64,000 nt of DNA from Terriglobia bacterium (GTDB lineage: Bacteria; Acidobacteriota; Terriglobia; Versatilivoradales; Versatilivoraceae). Positions 40,874-49,583 of the stretch are shown in pieces. Under the pieces are notes generated by a model. The model saw nothing but the letters and a program-made list of their open reading frames with translations. It had not been told where the DNA came from and did not search any database. A program made the position numbers and the translations under genes. Location of the stretch: assembly GCA_022452285.1 (NCBI GenBank), contig JAKUNG010000015.1:8482-72481 (forward strand), read 5' to 3'. The stretch's first letter is position 1. Every line of letters begins with the position of its first letter.

Positions 40874-41434
40874 ATGGTTTTAACCCCATCTACAATGCCG
40901 ATTCTCGGCACTTCTGCACCGAATTTTTCTTTAACTGATGTTGTAACTGAAAACTTGATAACTCTTGATACATTTAAAGAGAAGAAAGGGTTATTAGTAA
41001 TGTTCATCTGTAGACATTGCCCCTTTGTTGTCCATGTTCAGGAGGAACTCTCAAAAATTGGACTAGATTACCAAACAAAAAATCTTGGTATCTTAGCAAT
41101 CAGTTCTAATGATGCTATCGCCCACCCAGACGATTCACCTCAAAACCTAGCAGCTATGGCTAAAGAACTTAATTTTTCATTTCCCTATTGTTTTGATGAA
41201 TCACAAGATGTTGCTAAAGCTTTTAATGCTGCTTGTACTCCCGATTTTTTTCTTTTTAATCAGGAGAGAAACTTAGTTTACCGAGGTCAGCTTGATGATA
41301 GTCGTCCAGACAATGGGAAACCCGTTACAGGTAATGACTTGAGAATTGCTCTCAATGCCCTTCTGAATAATGCAGCTATATCAGCTCACCAGACTCCCAG
41401 CATTGGATGTAATATTAAGTGGAAGCAGCAATAA
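40874..41434 (+). CDS. Thioredoxin-fold redoxin (AhpC/TSA-like) protein
   Basis: 186 aa. It has FICRHCPFV (CxxC) in a thioredoxin-like context, and a conserved tail GC.IKW. Confidence 0.8.
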   Translation: MVLTPSTMPILGTSAPNFSLTDVVTENLITLDTFKEKKGLLVMFICRHCPFVVHVQEELSKIGLDYQTKNLGILAISSNDAIAHPDDSPQNLAAMAKELNFSFPYCFDESQDVAKAFNAACTPDFFLFNQERNLVYRGQLDDSRPDNGKPVTGNDLRIALNALLNNAAISAHQTPSIGCNIKWKQQ

Positions 41435-41555
41435 ATATTTGACTAGATTTACCGTCCCTAGTATTAATTTTAAGATCCATAACTAAAGCTTATACTGGGA
41501 ATCAGTAGAGAAAATCAAATAATTACAGCCTGAATTTTTCTCTATGGAGAGACCG

Positions 41556-42977
41556 CTACTTACTACCAATCGCATACAAATGGGATCGGGTCATGATGTA
41601 TAGAATTCCATTCGCTACAACGGGTGTACTGTAAAGTGTATTACCAAAATTTGTTTCAAAAATAAGATGCTTATTAGAACCTGCTTTCAGAATAACAAGA
41701 TCTCCATCTTCATCTCCAATAAAGACCTTACCATCAACAACAAAAGGAGATCCCCACACTGCGGCTAAGAGGTCATGCTCCCATAAAAGTCTCCCAGTTT
41801 TTAAATCAAGAGCATGAAAAAAACCACTAAAATTTACAGCATAAAGAATATTCTGATGAATTGCTACTGTTGAAACACTCCGCCGAAAATCATGATGCCA
41901 TACTACTGCCTTATCAGTGATGTCACCCGATTTAGTTCCATCCACGGCCCAAAGATGACCAATTCCTTCACCATGTTCCGGATCCTGTCCCACCGCTATA
42001 TAAACATTATTTCCATAAACTACCGGTGTTCCAATTAAATTATTACGATCTCCTCGGCCATTTTTCCATTCGGAACCCTTAGGATTGCAATCAAATTTCC
42101 ACAGGAGATCTCCACTAGGAGGATCAAATGAATAAAGCCATCCATCACCACCAGCAAAAATTACCTGTTCCCGTCCATTAATCTTTCCGAAAGATGGGGA
42201 GGTCCATTGGCCATGAAGAACCATATTGCCGGGAGCTGAACTTTCCCAAGCTAATTTTCCATTAAGTCTGTTCACTGCTAAAAAACTTGGCGCACGAGGC
42301 ACAGGAATATTAATATGACTTTCATCAGTCCCATTTGAGGTGTTTACAAAAAGTAAATCTCCAACCACCAAGGGAGAGCTGGTTGCTAAATTATGAGGAA
42401 ATACTCCCATTTCATCCATCATGTCATATTTCCAAATTACATCTCCACTTTCTTTAGTCACTGCGGCCTCATTAACGAAGGGCCCATCATTCTCATTATC
42501 TTTAAACCCTTCTGTGTCTAGAGCTACTATTTCCGCTCGGTTTGAAACATAGTAAAGTCGATTACCTACAACAGCGGGAGATGAACAGATTCCCTGTTCT
42601 GGCCAATCATTTACGCGACCTGACTTTAACTTTGTGTGAGTCATCTGCCACAAAAATTTTCCATCACTTTCGTTAAAGGCCATTATCACTCCACGGTCAC
42701 CTGACTCCTTCGGATTTCTTAACAGTTGGTTATTAGTTCCTACAAAAACCTTACCACCTGATATTGTAGGATTGCCATATGATTGTGATCCAATTTCAGC
42801 AACCCATCTAATATTCTTCCCCTTCTTAACATCCCAGTTATCAATAATTTTTGTTGCATTAGAAATCATGTTTCGACCAGGTTTTCCACCCCACATAGGC
42901 CAGTCTTCTGCTAACAAGGAAATTTTTAACAAAATAATTAAAACACCAAAGATGACACTTAATCCTGACATTCGCAT
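41556..42977 (-). CDS. Secreted PQQ-like (BamB-like) beta-propeller repeat protein
   Basis: 473 aa with a signal peptide followed by EDWPMWGG. Repeated ...G.(V/L)Y...dG.l.alD..tGk.lW blades are visible. Confidence 0.82.
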   Translation of the reverse strand: MRMSGLSVIFGVLIILLKISLLAEDWPMWGGKPGRNMISNATKIIDNWDVKKGKNIRWVAEIGSQSYGNPTISGGKVFVGTNNQLLRNPKESGDRGVIMAFNESDGKFLWQMTHTKLKSGRVNDWPEQGICSSPAVVGNRLYYVSNRAEIVALDTEGFKDNENDGPFVNEAAVTKESGDVIWKYDMMDEMGVFPHNLATSSPLVVGDLLFVNTSNGTDESHINIPVPRAPSFLAVNRLNGKLAWESSAPGNMVLHGQWTSPSFGKINGREQVIFAGGDGWLYSFDPPSGDLLWKFDCNPKGSEWKNGRGDRNNLIGTPVVYGNNVYIAVGQDPEHGEGIGHLWAVDGTKSGDITDKAVVWHHDFRRSVSTVAIHQNILYAVNFSGFFHALDLKTGRLLWEHDLLAAVWGSPFVVDGKVFIGDEDGDLVILKAGSNKHLIFETNFGNTLYSTPVVANGILYIMTRSHLYAIGSK

Positions 42978-43012
42978 GCTGGTTTCTCTCTTTCTTTAAG
43001 GAGGCCTATATC

Positions 43013-45238
43013 CTAACGTTCAAAATGCCTAACAGCGATATTATCATACAAAATTTCTGCAGATGAATATCCGTAAATTCCAGGGCTACCCTCTGTATGT
43101 ACAATTGGGTCCTTGGCTTCAATTGACCATTCGTTTGGCTCTATTGTTCCTTTTTTCCAAATTTTACCCAAAATTCTCCCTCCGGTTCCAACTAAATCCG
43201 GTTCAACTCGTAACTTCATGTGGTACCAAGTATTAGGATCAAGAGTGTATTTGACGGTTTTAGAAAAATGACCTAATTCTGAAAGCCAACTCCGAATTTG
43301 AAGTTCCTGGCGGTTTCCCATTACGGCAAAAATATATCTTTGTGCAATTAAACCCATGTCAGGCAAACGGCGCTTCTGTTCGGTGCCTAACATTTCTGCA
43401 GTAATCTCATACCCTGTAGATTTAGGCTTGCTCATGAATACCATCGTACGCCAAGATCTTGGATTGTTAGAAAGCTTCTTTAAAACCTTATTTCCATCAT
43501 CAGACATTACCTTAAACCGGCCTTTGGTTGAATTCCATCCAGGCGGTACCGACCCATCTTCATATCTTTCAAAATCTTCCTTAAAAGGAATTACGGGGCG
43601 TGAGCTAATCCTAGCTTTATATAGCTTGCTTCCTATTGAACCTATTACAAGCCCTGCCTGGGGAACGTTATCTTTGCTTAGGCTTACCACACCTGAAGAA
43701 GAAACGGTCCCTTTAACATTTTCTAATGACCACTTGGTTCCAATCTGATTCAAAACACCACGAGAATCTATTTCATTAACAGTAAATTTTTTAACCTCAC
43801 CAGGAGAAAGGATAACTTCGGCAGGCACCACCAAAACCTCCTTGTTACTATTCCCATCAGACTGGGTGGACTTATACTCCACACTCTTGTTCTCTTTTTT
43901 GTTAATCACCTTCATTTTCTTCCCAATACAGTAAAGGTTATTTTCAGTTAATAAATATAGTTTTCCATTAGAAATTGCTGGTGATCCGTTGATAGGAACA
44001 GCAGAGCCATCATCATTCTGAAATTCCTCTAAATCCATGAGTAAAGGAGCCTTGTCACCACGAAGCTGTAAAATATGAAACTTTCCATCAACATCTGCAA
44101 CCATTAACTTATTATCGGCAACAACTGGGGAAGCTCTTTGCATTACACCGATATTAAACTTCCAGAACTGGTCTCCAGTCATTGCATTAAATGCAACCAA
44201 ATTGGCCGAATTATCAACTTGGAACAAGTAATTATCCAAAATAGCAGGAGAAGCATATCCTGCAGTGAAACCATCTACCTTCCACAAGAGTTTAGGTCTT
44301 CCATTTGCTATTGTACTAACATCTAGACAAATCAACCTTCCCATAGCCGTACTTTCATCAACGTTTTCTTCACTATGTGATGCGTATAACCGATTCCCCT
44401 GAACAACAACAGAAGAGTTGATTCCTCTCTTGCTTAAAGGGTAACCCCACAATTTTTCCCCCGTGTTTAAACTAAGTCCATAAATCGACCCATCAGCATT
44501 ACCACTCATCAAGACCTTTCGACCATCAATAACCGTAACGACGGGCACGTTATAGGTTGTATCTTTTGGTGCTCCACCAGGTGTGGATATCCAAACAGTT
44601 TCCCCAGTACGCTTATTTAAAGCATAAAATCTGTCGCGAGGGATTGTTGTAGAACCCCAACCAGCATTCAAAAAATTAATCAATAGAAGATCGCCCTCTA
44701 TAGTTGGACTTACAGTTCTACCTCCATATCCAGAGATTCGTCCAACCTCTTCAGAAAATGATCTAGACCATACAACATTGCCATCAGCATCAAAACAATG
44801 GACCATTCCTTCAATACCATTGGAATAAATGAATCCAGATTCAGGATCACCAGCTAGGCTTGCCCAACCAACTCTATGATGAGGAATGTCAGTTAAAAAC
44901 ACTTTATAACGAAAATCCCACTTAATGGTTCCTGTTAATTCATCAAAGCAAAGTATTCTTTCCTGCCACTCCGAGGGTTTGTGAGGCTCTGCTAAAGTAA
45001 TAATGCAAACCCTACCATCAAGCACAATGGGTGTTGAGCGTCCACCAATTGCCTGTTTCCAGATGAGATTCTCTCCTTCTGGGGACCAGCTTGAGGGCAA
45101 ACCAAGTTCCTGAGACACGCCATCAGAATTTAATCCTCGCCATAAAGGCCAGTCCGCTGTAAAACTGGAGCTGACGACAGCCAGCACACCAAGCAAAACA
45201 AAGTACACTCTTAAATGGCTAATTTTAACTATTTTCAT
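43013..45238 (-). CDS. Secreted PQQ-like beta-propeller fused to an Ig-like module and a LamG/DUF1080-like C-terminal module
   Basis: 741 aa with a signal peptide followed by ADWPLWRG. Propeller blades run to about residue 440. A Big_2-like stretch follows, then a C-terminal jelly-roll-like region ending YDNIAV. Confidence 0.78.
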   Translation of the reverse strand: MKIVKISHLRVYFVLLGVLAVVSSSFTADWPLWRGLNSDGVSQELGLPSSWSPEGENLIWKQAIGGRSTPIVLDGRVCIITLAEPHKPSEWQERILCFDELTGTIKWDFRYKVFLTDIPHHRVGWASLAGDPESGFIYSNGIEGMVHCFDADGNVVWSRSFSEEVGRISGYGGRTVSPTIEGDLLLINFLNAGWGSTTIPRDRFYALNKRTGETVWISTPGGAPKDTTYNVPVVTVIDGRKVLMSGNADGSIYGLSLNTGEKLWGYPLSKRGINSSVVVQGNRLYASHSEENVDESTAMGRLICLDVSTIANGRPKLLWKVDGFTAGYASPAILDNYLFQVDNSANLVAFNAMTGDQFWKFNIGVMQRASPVVADNKLMVADVDGKFHILQLRGDKAPLLMDLEEFQNDDGSAVPINGSPAISNGKLYLLTENNLYCIGKKMKVINKKENKSVEYKSTQSDGNSNKEVLVVPAEVILSPGEVKKFTVNEIDSRGVLNQIGTKWSLENVKGTVSSSGVVSLSKDNVPQAGLVIGSIGSKLYKARISSRPVIPFKEDFERYEDGSVPPGWNSTKGRFKVMSDDGNKVLKKLSNNPRSWRTMVFMSKPKSTGYEITAEMLGTEQKRRLPDMGLIAQRYIFAVMGNRQELQIRSWLSELGHFSKTVKYTLDPNTWYHMKLRVEPDLVGTGGRILGKIWKKGTIEPNEWSIEAKDPIVHTEGSPGIYGYSSAEILYDNIAVRHFER

Positions 45239-45398
45239 TAAGTTTTAATCCTTCCTTTTTCCTCAAAGCAAAATACTAGGCCCAGATATTGAGGCAGCTT
45301 CTAATCACAGGTTTTCTCAAGATTCCTTTTTTGATTGTCAATATATTAAGAAAAAAGAATCTTTAACTGGTACATTTAAAGTCATCCACTCTAGGAAA

Positions 45399-46781
45399 CT
45401 ATTCTTTCAGTTTGCCTTTTCCAAGCAGAATCTGTCCAGGCTGAGAAGATAAAAGTTTTCCAGCTTCTAAAACCAACACACCATTAACAATAACATATTG
45501 AATTCCCGAAGAAAATTCCTGGGGATTTTTAGTAGCCCCATTGCCATTAACAGTATTGGGATTAAAAATTGTAATATCTGCTCTATTCCCTATCTTAATT
45601 AATCCACGATTTTGGAGTCCTAACTTCTTAGCGTTTAACCAAGTCATTTTTTTAACTACCGTTTCAAGATCAGAGATCTCTTTTTCTCGAACAAATTTTC
45701 CTAACACCAGGGGAAAGCTTCCATATGATTCTGCATGAATCTTTCTACTAATCATACCTTTGTTAAGATTCGAATTTCTACCAACAGACCGAATAGACAC
45801 CCAGTCTAGTTTTAACACAAAAATAACATCTTTCTCTTGCATTTCACTAGGAACCCCTGACGCATCATCTCGTCTAGCTAAGTAAGGCGCTTGAGTCATA
45901 GTCAATAGTTCAACCGATTCTCTATGCTTATCTAAAACTTTTATTATTTCCTCTATCTTTCCAAAAAATGATTCATCCGTAACTTCTAGATTTACAATAT
46001 CTGTAGGGATATTTGCTTCCTTACTAACTCTTACAGTCTCTCTAATTGCTGTCTGAATCTCCTTTTTATTCCCACGAACAAATGCAGAATATCTTCCACC
46101 ATATTTTGCTACAACATCAGCTAAGGCTATTAATTCGTCAGGAGTCATTGACTCCTTAATCAATTTATCAGAAGAATTCGACAAACCAAGGGCTCCATCG
46201 ATCATATTTTCATGAATGATTTTTTTAATTTCAGAAATCTCAGAAAGGTTTACCTTCCTTTTAGAGGAACCCAGAACACTCTCGACTATTTTGTTAAGGC
46301 CTATGTAAGCACCTATATTTATCGAAATTCCCCGATTAATTAATTCACTAAAATAAATGCCTAATTTCTTTCTGTCTTGAGTTAATCTAAGAGGTATTCC
46401 ATCAACAAAAACTTGACTTGTTATACCCTGATATATTTTGTTTTTAGAAAAATCATCAGTAAATATAAAAGAATTCGAATTAGTTTGAAGATTAATAAAA
46501 CCAGGGCACACAATTAAATCTTGGGCATTAATTATTTTTGGAGCTCTCTTTTCCTTATTTGGAATCTTTCCTATTTCAACAATATTCTTTCCCTTAATAG
46601 CAAGATCTGCAGGAAACCATAATGACCCAGATCCATCAATGACATTGCCATTAGAGATGATTAAATCGAATTCGTAAGTAGGTGCTTTTCTGCAGGAAGA
46701 AAAAAGAAAGACCACTAATAAAAGTAAAAGATGAAGGCGGCTCAGGGCAATCTTCACAACTTGTAGTAAATTAGTCATCAC
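45399..46781 (-). CDS. Amidohydrolase-superfamily (D-aminoacylase-like) lipoprotein with degenerate active-site motifs; probable pseudoenzyme
   Basis: 460 aa with a lipobox LFSSC. The N- and C-terminal barrel-flanking segments match the D-aminoacylase pattern (DLIISNGNVIDGSG...PGFI; ADITIFNP...VIVNGV). The HxH motif reads QTN (PGFINLQTNSN). Confidence 0.75.
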   Translation of the reverse strand: MMTNLLQVVKIALSRLHLLLLLVVFLFSSCRKAPTYEFDLIISNGNVIDGSGSLWFPADLAIKGKNIVEIGKIPNKEKRAPKIINAQDLIVCPGFINLQTNSNSFIFTDDFSKNKIYQGITSQVFVDGIPLRLTQDRKKLGIYFSELINRGISINIGAYIGLNKIVESVLGSSKRKVNLSEISEIKKIIHENMIDGALGLSNSSDKLIKESMTPDELIALADVVAKYGGRYSAFVRGNKKEIQTAIRETVRVSKEANIPTDIVNLEVTDESFFGKIEEIIKVLDKHRESVELLTMTQAPYLARRDDASGVPSEMQEKDVIFVLKLDWVSIRSVGRNSNLNKGMISRKIHAESYGSFPLVLGKFVREKEISDLETVVKKMTWLNAKKLGLQNRGLIKIGNRADITIFNPNTVNGNGATKNPQEFSSGIQYVIVNGVLVLEAGKLLSSQPGQILLGKGKLKE

Positions 46782-46885
46782 AAACGAAGCAATACTATTT
46801 TTATAAGGTGTTACAAGCTAACGAAATAAGTTAATTTAGTCCTAAGTAAAGTTTCACTCAACATTTATATTCAACTCTATAAACC

Positions 46886-47791
46886 TTAGTGTACGACTTT
46901 AGCAAAGTTTTTTAATGTCCCTATTTCAGGGATGGTGATTTCAACAATATCTCCTTCACGTAAAGCTGCGTCTTCCGTCTGAATAATTCCTGTGCCAGTA
47001 AGAAGTACTGCGCCATCAGAAACAGGATTAGCATAAAATAACCATTCAATTAATTCATTAATACTCCTTTTCATTTGATTTAAATCAGTTGTCCCAGAGA
47101 AAATCTTCAATCCATTTCTCTTAATGTCACATTGAATCGAAAATGAATAAGGATTAATTTCTGAACTAGCCAGTAAGATTAAAGGCCCAATTGAACAACA
47201 TCCTAAAAAAATTTTAGACTGCGGTAAATAAAGGGGATTTTCCCGTTCAATGTCCCAAGCTGAAACATCATTAGATGCCATGAAGCCTACTATTTGTTTT
47301 TTTGAATCAAGAACAACAGCAAGTTCAGGCTCAACTGCAGTGAATGAAGAATCTTTTCTTATCCCGATATAATTGTTGGGTCCAGTACAATGTTTCTCAT
47401 TACCTTTATAAAAAAGCTCTGGACGATTAGAAGAATATACATAATCATAAATTCCTTTTGACGTTTGCGTGTCATCATCTCGAAATTCAGCACTCTTTTT
47501 ATAGGTGACCCCACAGGCCCAGACTTCAGGAGAATGAATAGGAAGTTCTAAACAATATTTATTTTTATTAGCAGAATTATTGAGGTCATTCAAACCAAAG
47601 GGCAAGGGATCAGAACAGCAGTTCTCTTCAACTATCTCTTCAAGCTTTGCACCTGATTCCGTTGAGCACCGGATAAAGTCTAAAACAGTTATCAACTTAT
47701 GATTTTTATTTTCAACCAGAAAAACTAGGTCATTTTTGATCTCTACCATCTGCACTCCATTTGAAGGATGATTTATTTGACCTATCTTCAT
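46886..47791 (-). CDS. Fumarylacetoacetate hydrolase (FAH) family protein
   Basis: It has the metal-binding motif EPELAVVL...NDVSAWDIE and the C-terminal GD.V...I..IG.L.N. I prefer the ATG at 47791, which has AAGGAG 6 nt upstream; the ORF track extends to 47857. Confidence 0.85.
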   Translation of the reverse strand: MKIGQINHPSNGVQMVEIKNDLVFLVENKNHKLITVLDFIRCSTESGAKLEEIVEENCCSDPLPFGLNDLNNSANKNKYCLELPIHSPEVWACGVTYKKSAEFRDDDTQTSKGIYDYVYSSNRPELFYKGNEKHCTGPNNYIGIRKDSSFTAVEPELAVVLDSKKQIVGFMASNDVSAWDIERENPLYLPQSKIFLGCCSIGPLILLASSEINPYSFSIQCDIKRNGLKIFSGTTDLNQMKRSINELIEWLFYANPVSDGAVLLTGTGIIQTEDAALREGDIVEITIPEIGTLKNFAKVVH

Positions 47792-47900
47792 TTTTTCTCC
47801 TTTTGAGCTTAATAAATGGTATATCAATAAAAAAGGATCAACCACAAGTCTATTCACAAGAAATAGAACAAGAGTTAACCTTTAGGCCACATGTCGTCTT

Positions 47901-48308
47901 TTATGTCATATACGACGCAAATGAATTAGGAGTCTCCCACAATCTAACCTCAGACACCTCAAGAGACTGGCTATGGGCGTATTCATAAATTATCTTAGCA
48001 ATATTTTCTGCGGTTGGATTACTATTCATCAAGTAACACGGTTGATTAAAGTCCTGAAGTACTGATACCAAAGGGTCCTCAGTATTCAATAACATCTTGT
48101 GGTCCAACTCTACATCAATCCAAGTCTTGATTACAGTACTAACATCCGAAAAATCCATTACCATTCCACGATTGTCGAGTTCTTGACTGATAATATCAAT
48201 TTCTACCCTCGCATTGTGTCCATGCAGAAAACGGCACTTACCGTCATAGTTTAATAATCGGTGGCCATAACAGAAATCAATTTGCTTCGTTACCTTATGT
48301 AAAATAAT
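47901..48308 (-). CDS. queD: 6-carboxy-5,6,7,8-tetrahydropterin synthase (QueD/PTPS family), apparently with a non-canonical start codon
   Basis: The ORF track lists only the last 87 aa. The same frame stays open upstream to a TAA at 48317-48315. It encodes DFCYGHRLLNYDGKCRFLHGHNARVEI, which holds the Zn-binding His residues. AAGGAGG lies at 48316-48310. There is no in-frame ATG, GTG or TTG; the start is tentatively ATT at 48308 or 48305. Confidence 0.75.
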   Translation of the reverse strand: MILHKVTKQIDFCYGHRLLNYDGKCRFLHGHNARVEIDIISQELDNRGMVMDFSDVSTVIKTWIDVELDHKMLLNTEDPLVSVLQDFNQPCYLMNSNPTAENIAKIIYEYAHSQSLEVSEVRLWETPNSFASYMT

Positions 48309-48377
48309 TCCTCCTTAAAAAAGTTTATCTTTAACCAATAAAAGCAGAGACTCTAACTACCTTTCAAAATAAAGTAA

Positions 48378-49451
48378 TTAATCTGACAGGAACTTAACAT
48401 CGGACCCAAATTTTCTATATCGTTTAAATTCAATAACATTCTTAGTATGTAGCTTAGCTGTTCCATTTTCTAGTAAGACTTCTGCTCTTACAGGCAGCCA
48501 GTATTTCAATCCTGCGATCTCTACTTCATCATAAACTGTTCCTCCCTCAGAACGCGTAATGGGAAAATCTGAAGGTATTTTAAAAGCCTTCTCCTTAATT
48601 CTAATTACTTGCAGAGAATCTGAGTCTATCCAACACCTACCCCTATAACCAGTAACTACAGACTGTTCACTATCCTTACTTTTGAAAATAATTTGTCTCT
48701 TTGACCTGTCCAAAGGAACTTTGAAACCTATTCGGACAGCAGTGCTCTTTTGATTCTTTTCTACCCCTTCTAACCGAAATACCGCTTTGGTTTCAGGGTT
48801 AAAAAGGTAATTTAGCGTTGAGCCAAATTCTCCAGTTGAAAAAGTGCCTCCCAGGGATTCTAACGTGGCATCAGTTTTTGCAGCTCGATTAGCTACTGAT
48901 AAGAGCTTGTAATGTTCAGTCTGATCATAGTAGGTAAGTTCTGCAACAAAATTATCAGCCCGAATCCAGCCCTTTTTTGGAAGGCGACGAAGAAATCTTT
49001 GGGTAATCTGGGTGCATATAAAGTTAGGAAGATTATCCGTATATTCCATTGCTTTTGATCTAACTGAACTTAAAAAATCTACCCAATTCATATTATTTGG
49101 CAACTTAATTCTCGGTAGTCTCCTCTCTTCAGAAATTAAACCAGGTGGCTCTATCTTTGGAGGTCCTTGATTATCTGGAGAGGGTTTGTCTCTATGGAGA
49201 CTTTTGGCTTGGACTGCAGCAATTATAAAGTCACTAGCTTTGCGTTCCCTTAATTCTAAAAGAAAAAGCTCTTTAACTCGAAATCCTAGTCCTCGCTGAT
49301 TAATTATTTTGACCACCTGATCAGGAGACACTGCTCCCATTTTGGAAGTCGTGATCAATGCAACCAGCTCATCCTGAGTAAGAGGCTCTTTGTTTATCCC
49401 ATTGCTGTATGCAGCAAAAGAAGATGCTAAAATCAAGATTATAGTGAGCAT
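48378..49451 (-). CDS. Hypothetical secreted protein
   Basis: 357 aa with a signal peptide (ILILASSFAAYS). A Pro-rich linker is followed by a beta-rich C-terminal domain. I recognise no family. Confidence 0.65.
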   Translation of the reverse strand: MLTIILILASSFAAYSNGINKEPLTQDELVALITTSKMGAVSPDQVVKIINQRGLGFRVKELFLLELRERKASDFIIAAVQAKSLHRDKPSPDNQGPPKIEPPGLISEERRLPRIKLPNNMNWVDFLSSVRSKAMEYTDNLPNFICTQITQRFLRRLPKKGWIRADNFVAELTYYDQTEHYKLLSVANRAAKTDATLESLGGTFSTGEFGSTLNYLFNPETKAVFRLEGVEKNQKSTAVRIGFKVPLDRSKRQIIFKSKDSEQSVVTGYRGRCWIDSDSLQVIRIKEKAFKIPSDFPITRSEGGTVYDEVEIAGLKYWLPVRAEVLLENGTAKLHTKNVIEFKRYRKFGSDVKFLSD

Positions 49452-49566
49452 AATATAATAGGTAAACTATTTATTATTAATAGTATAACAAATATTTACT
49501 AATGTAATAGGTTAAATAAAATCCTAAACCTTTGTTGAAGTCCTGCCTCTACCTGTATTTAATCAA

Positions 49567-49581
49567 TGTCGACACGACGAC
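49567..49581. repeat. Copy A of the exact 15-bp repeat TGTCGACACGACGAC
   Basis: Read directly from the sequence. It lies 3 nt beyond the glyS stop and 116 nt upstream of the 48378..49451 gene. It contains the 8-bp palindrome TGTCGACA. Confidence 0.9.
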
Positions 49582-49583
49582 AA

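Noticed and set aside
46886-47857. Extended starts for the FAH protein (47857), the cupin (59028), xerD (54690) and the dehydratase (31774)
   Set aside because: The longer forms use upstream or GTG codons without a properly spaced SD. Internal ATGs (47791, 59007, 54660, 31753) fit SD spacing or homologue N-termini better. The uncertainty remains small.
47901-48164. The 87-aa ORF-track model as the real QueD CDS
   Set aside because: It would remove the zinc-binding His residues, which are encoded in-frame immediately upstream. I replaced it with the extended model.
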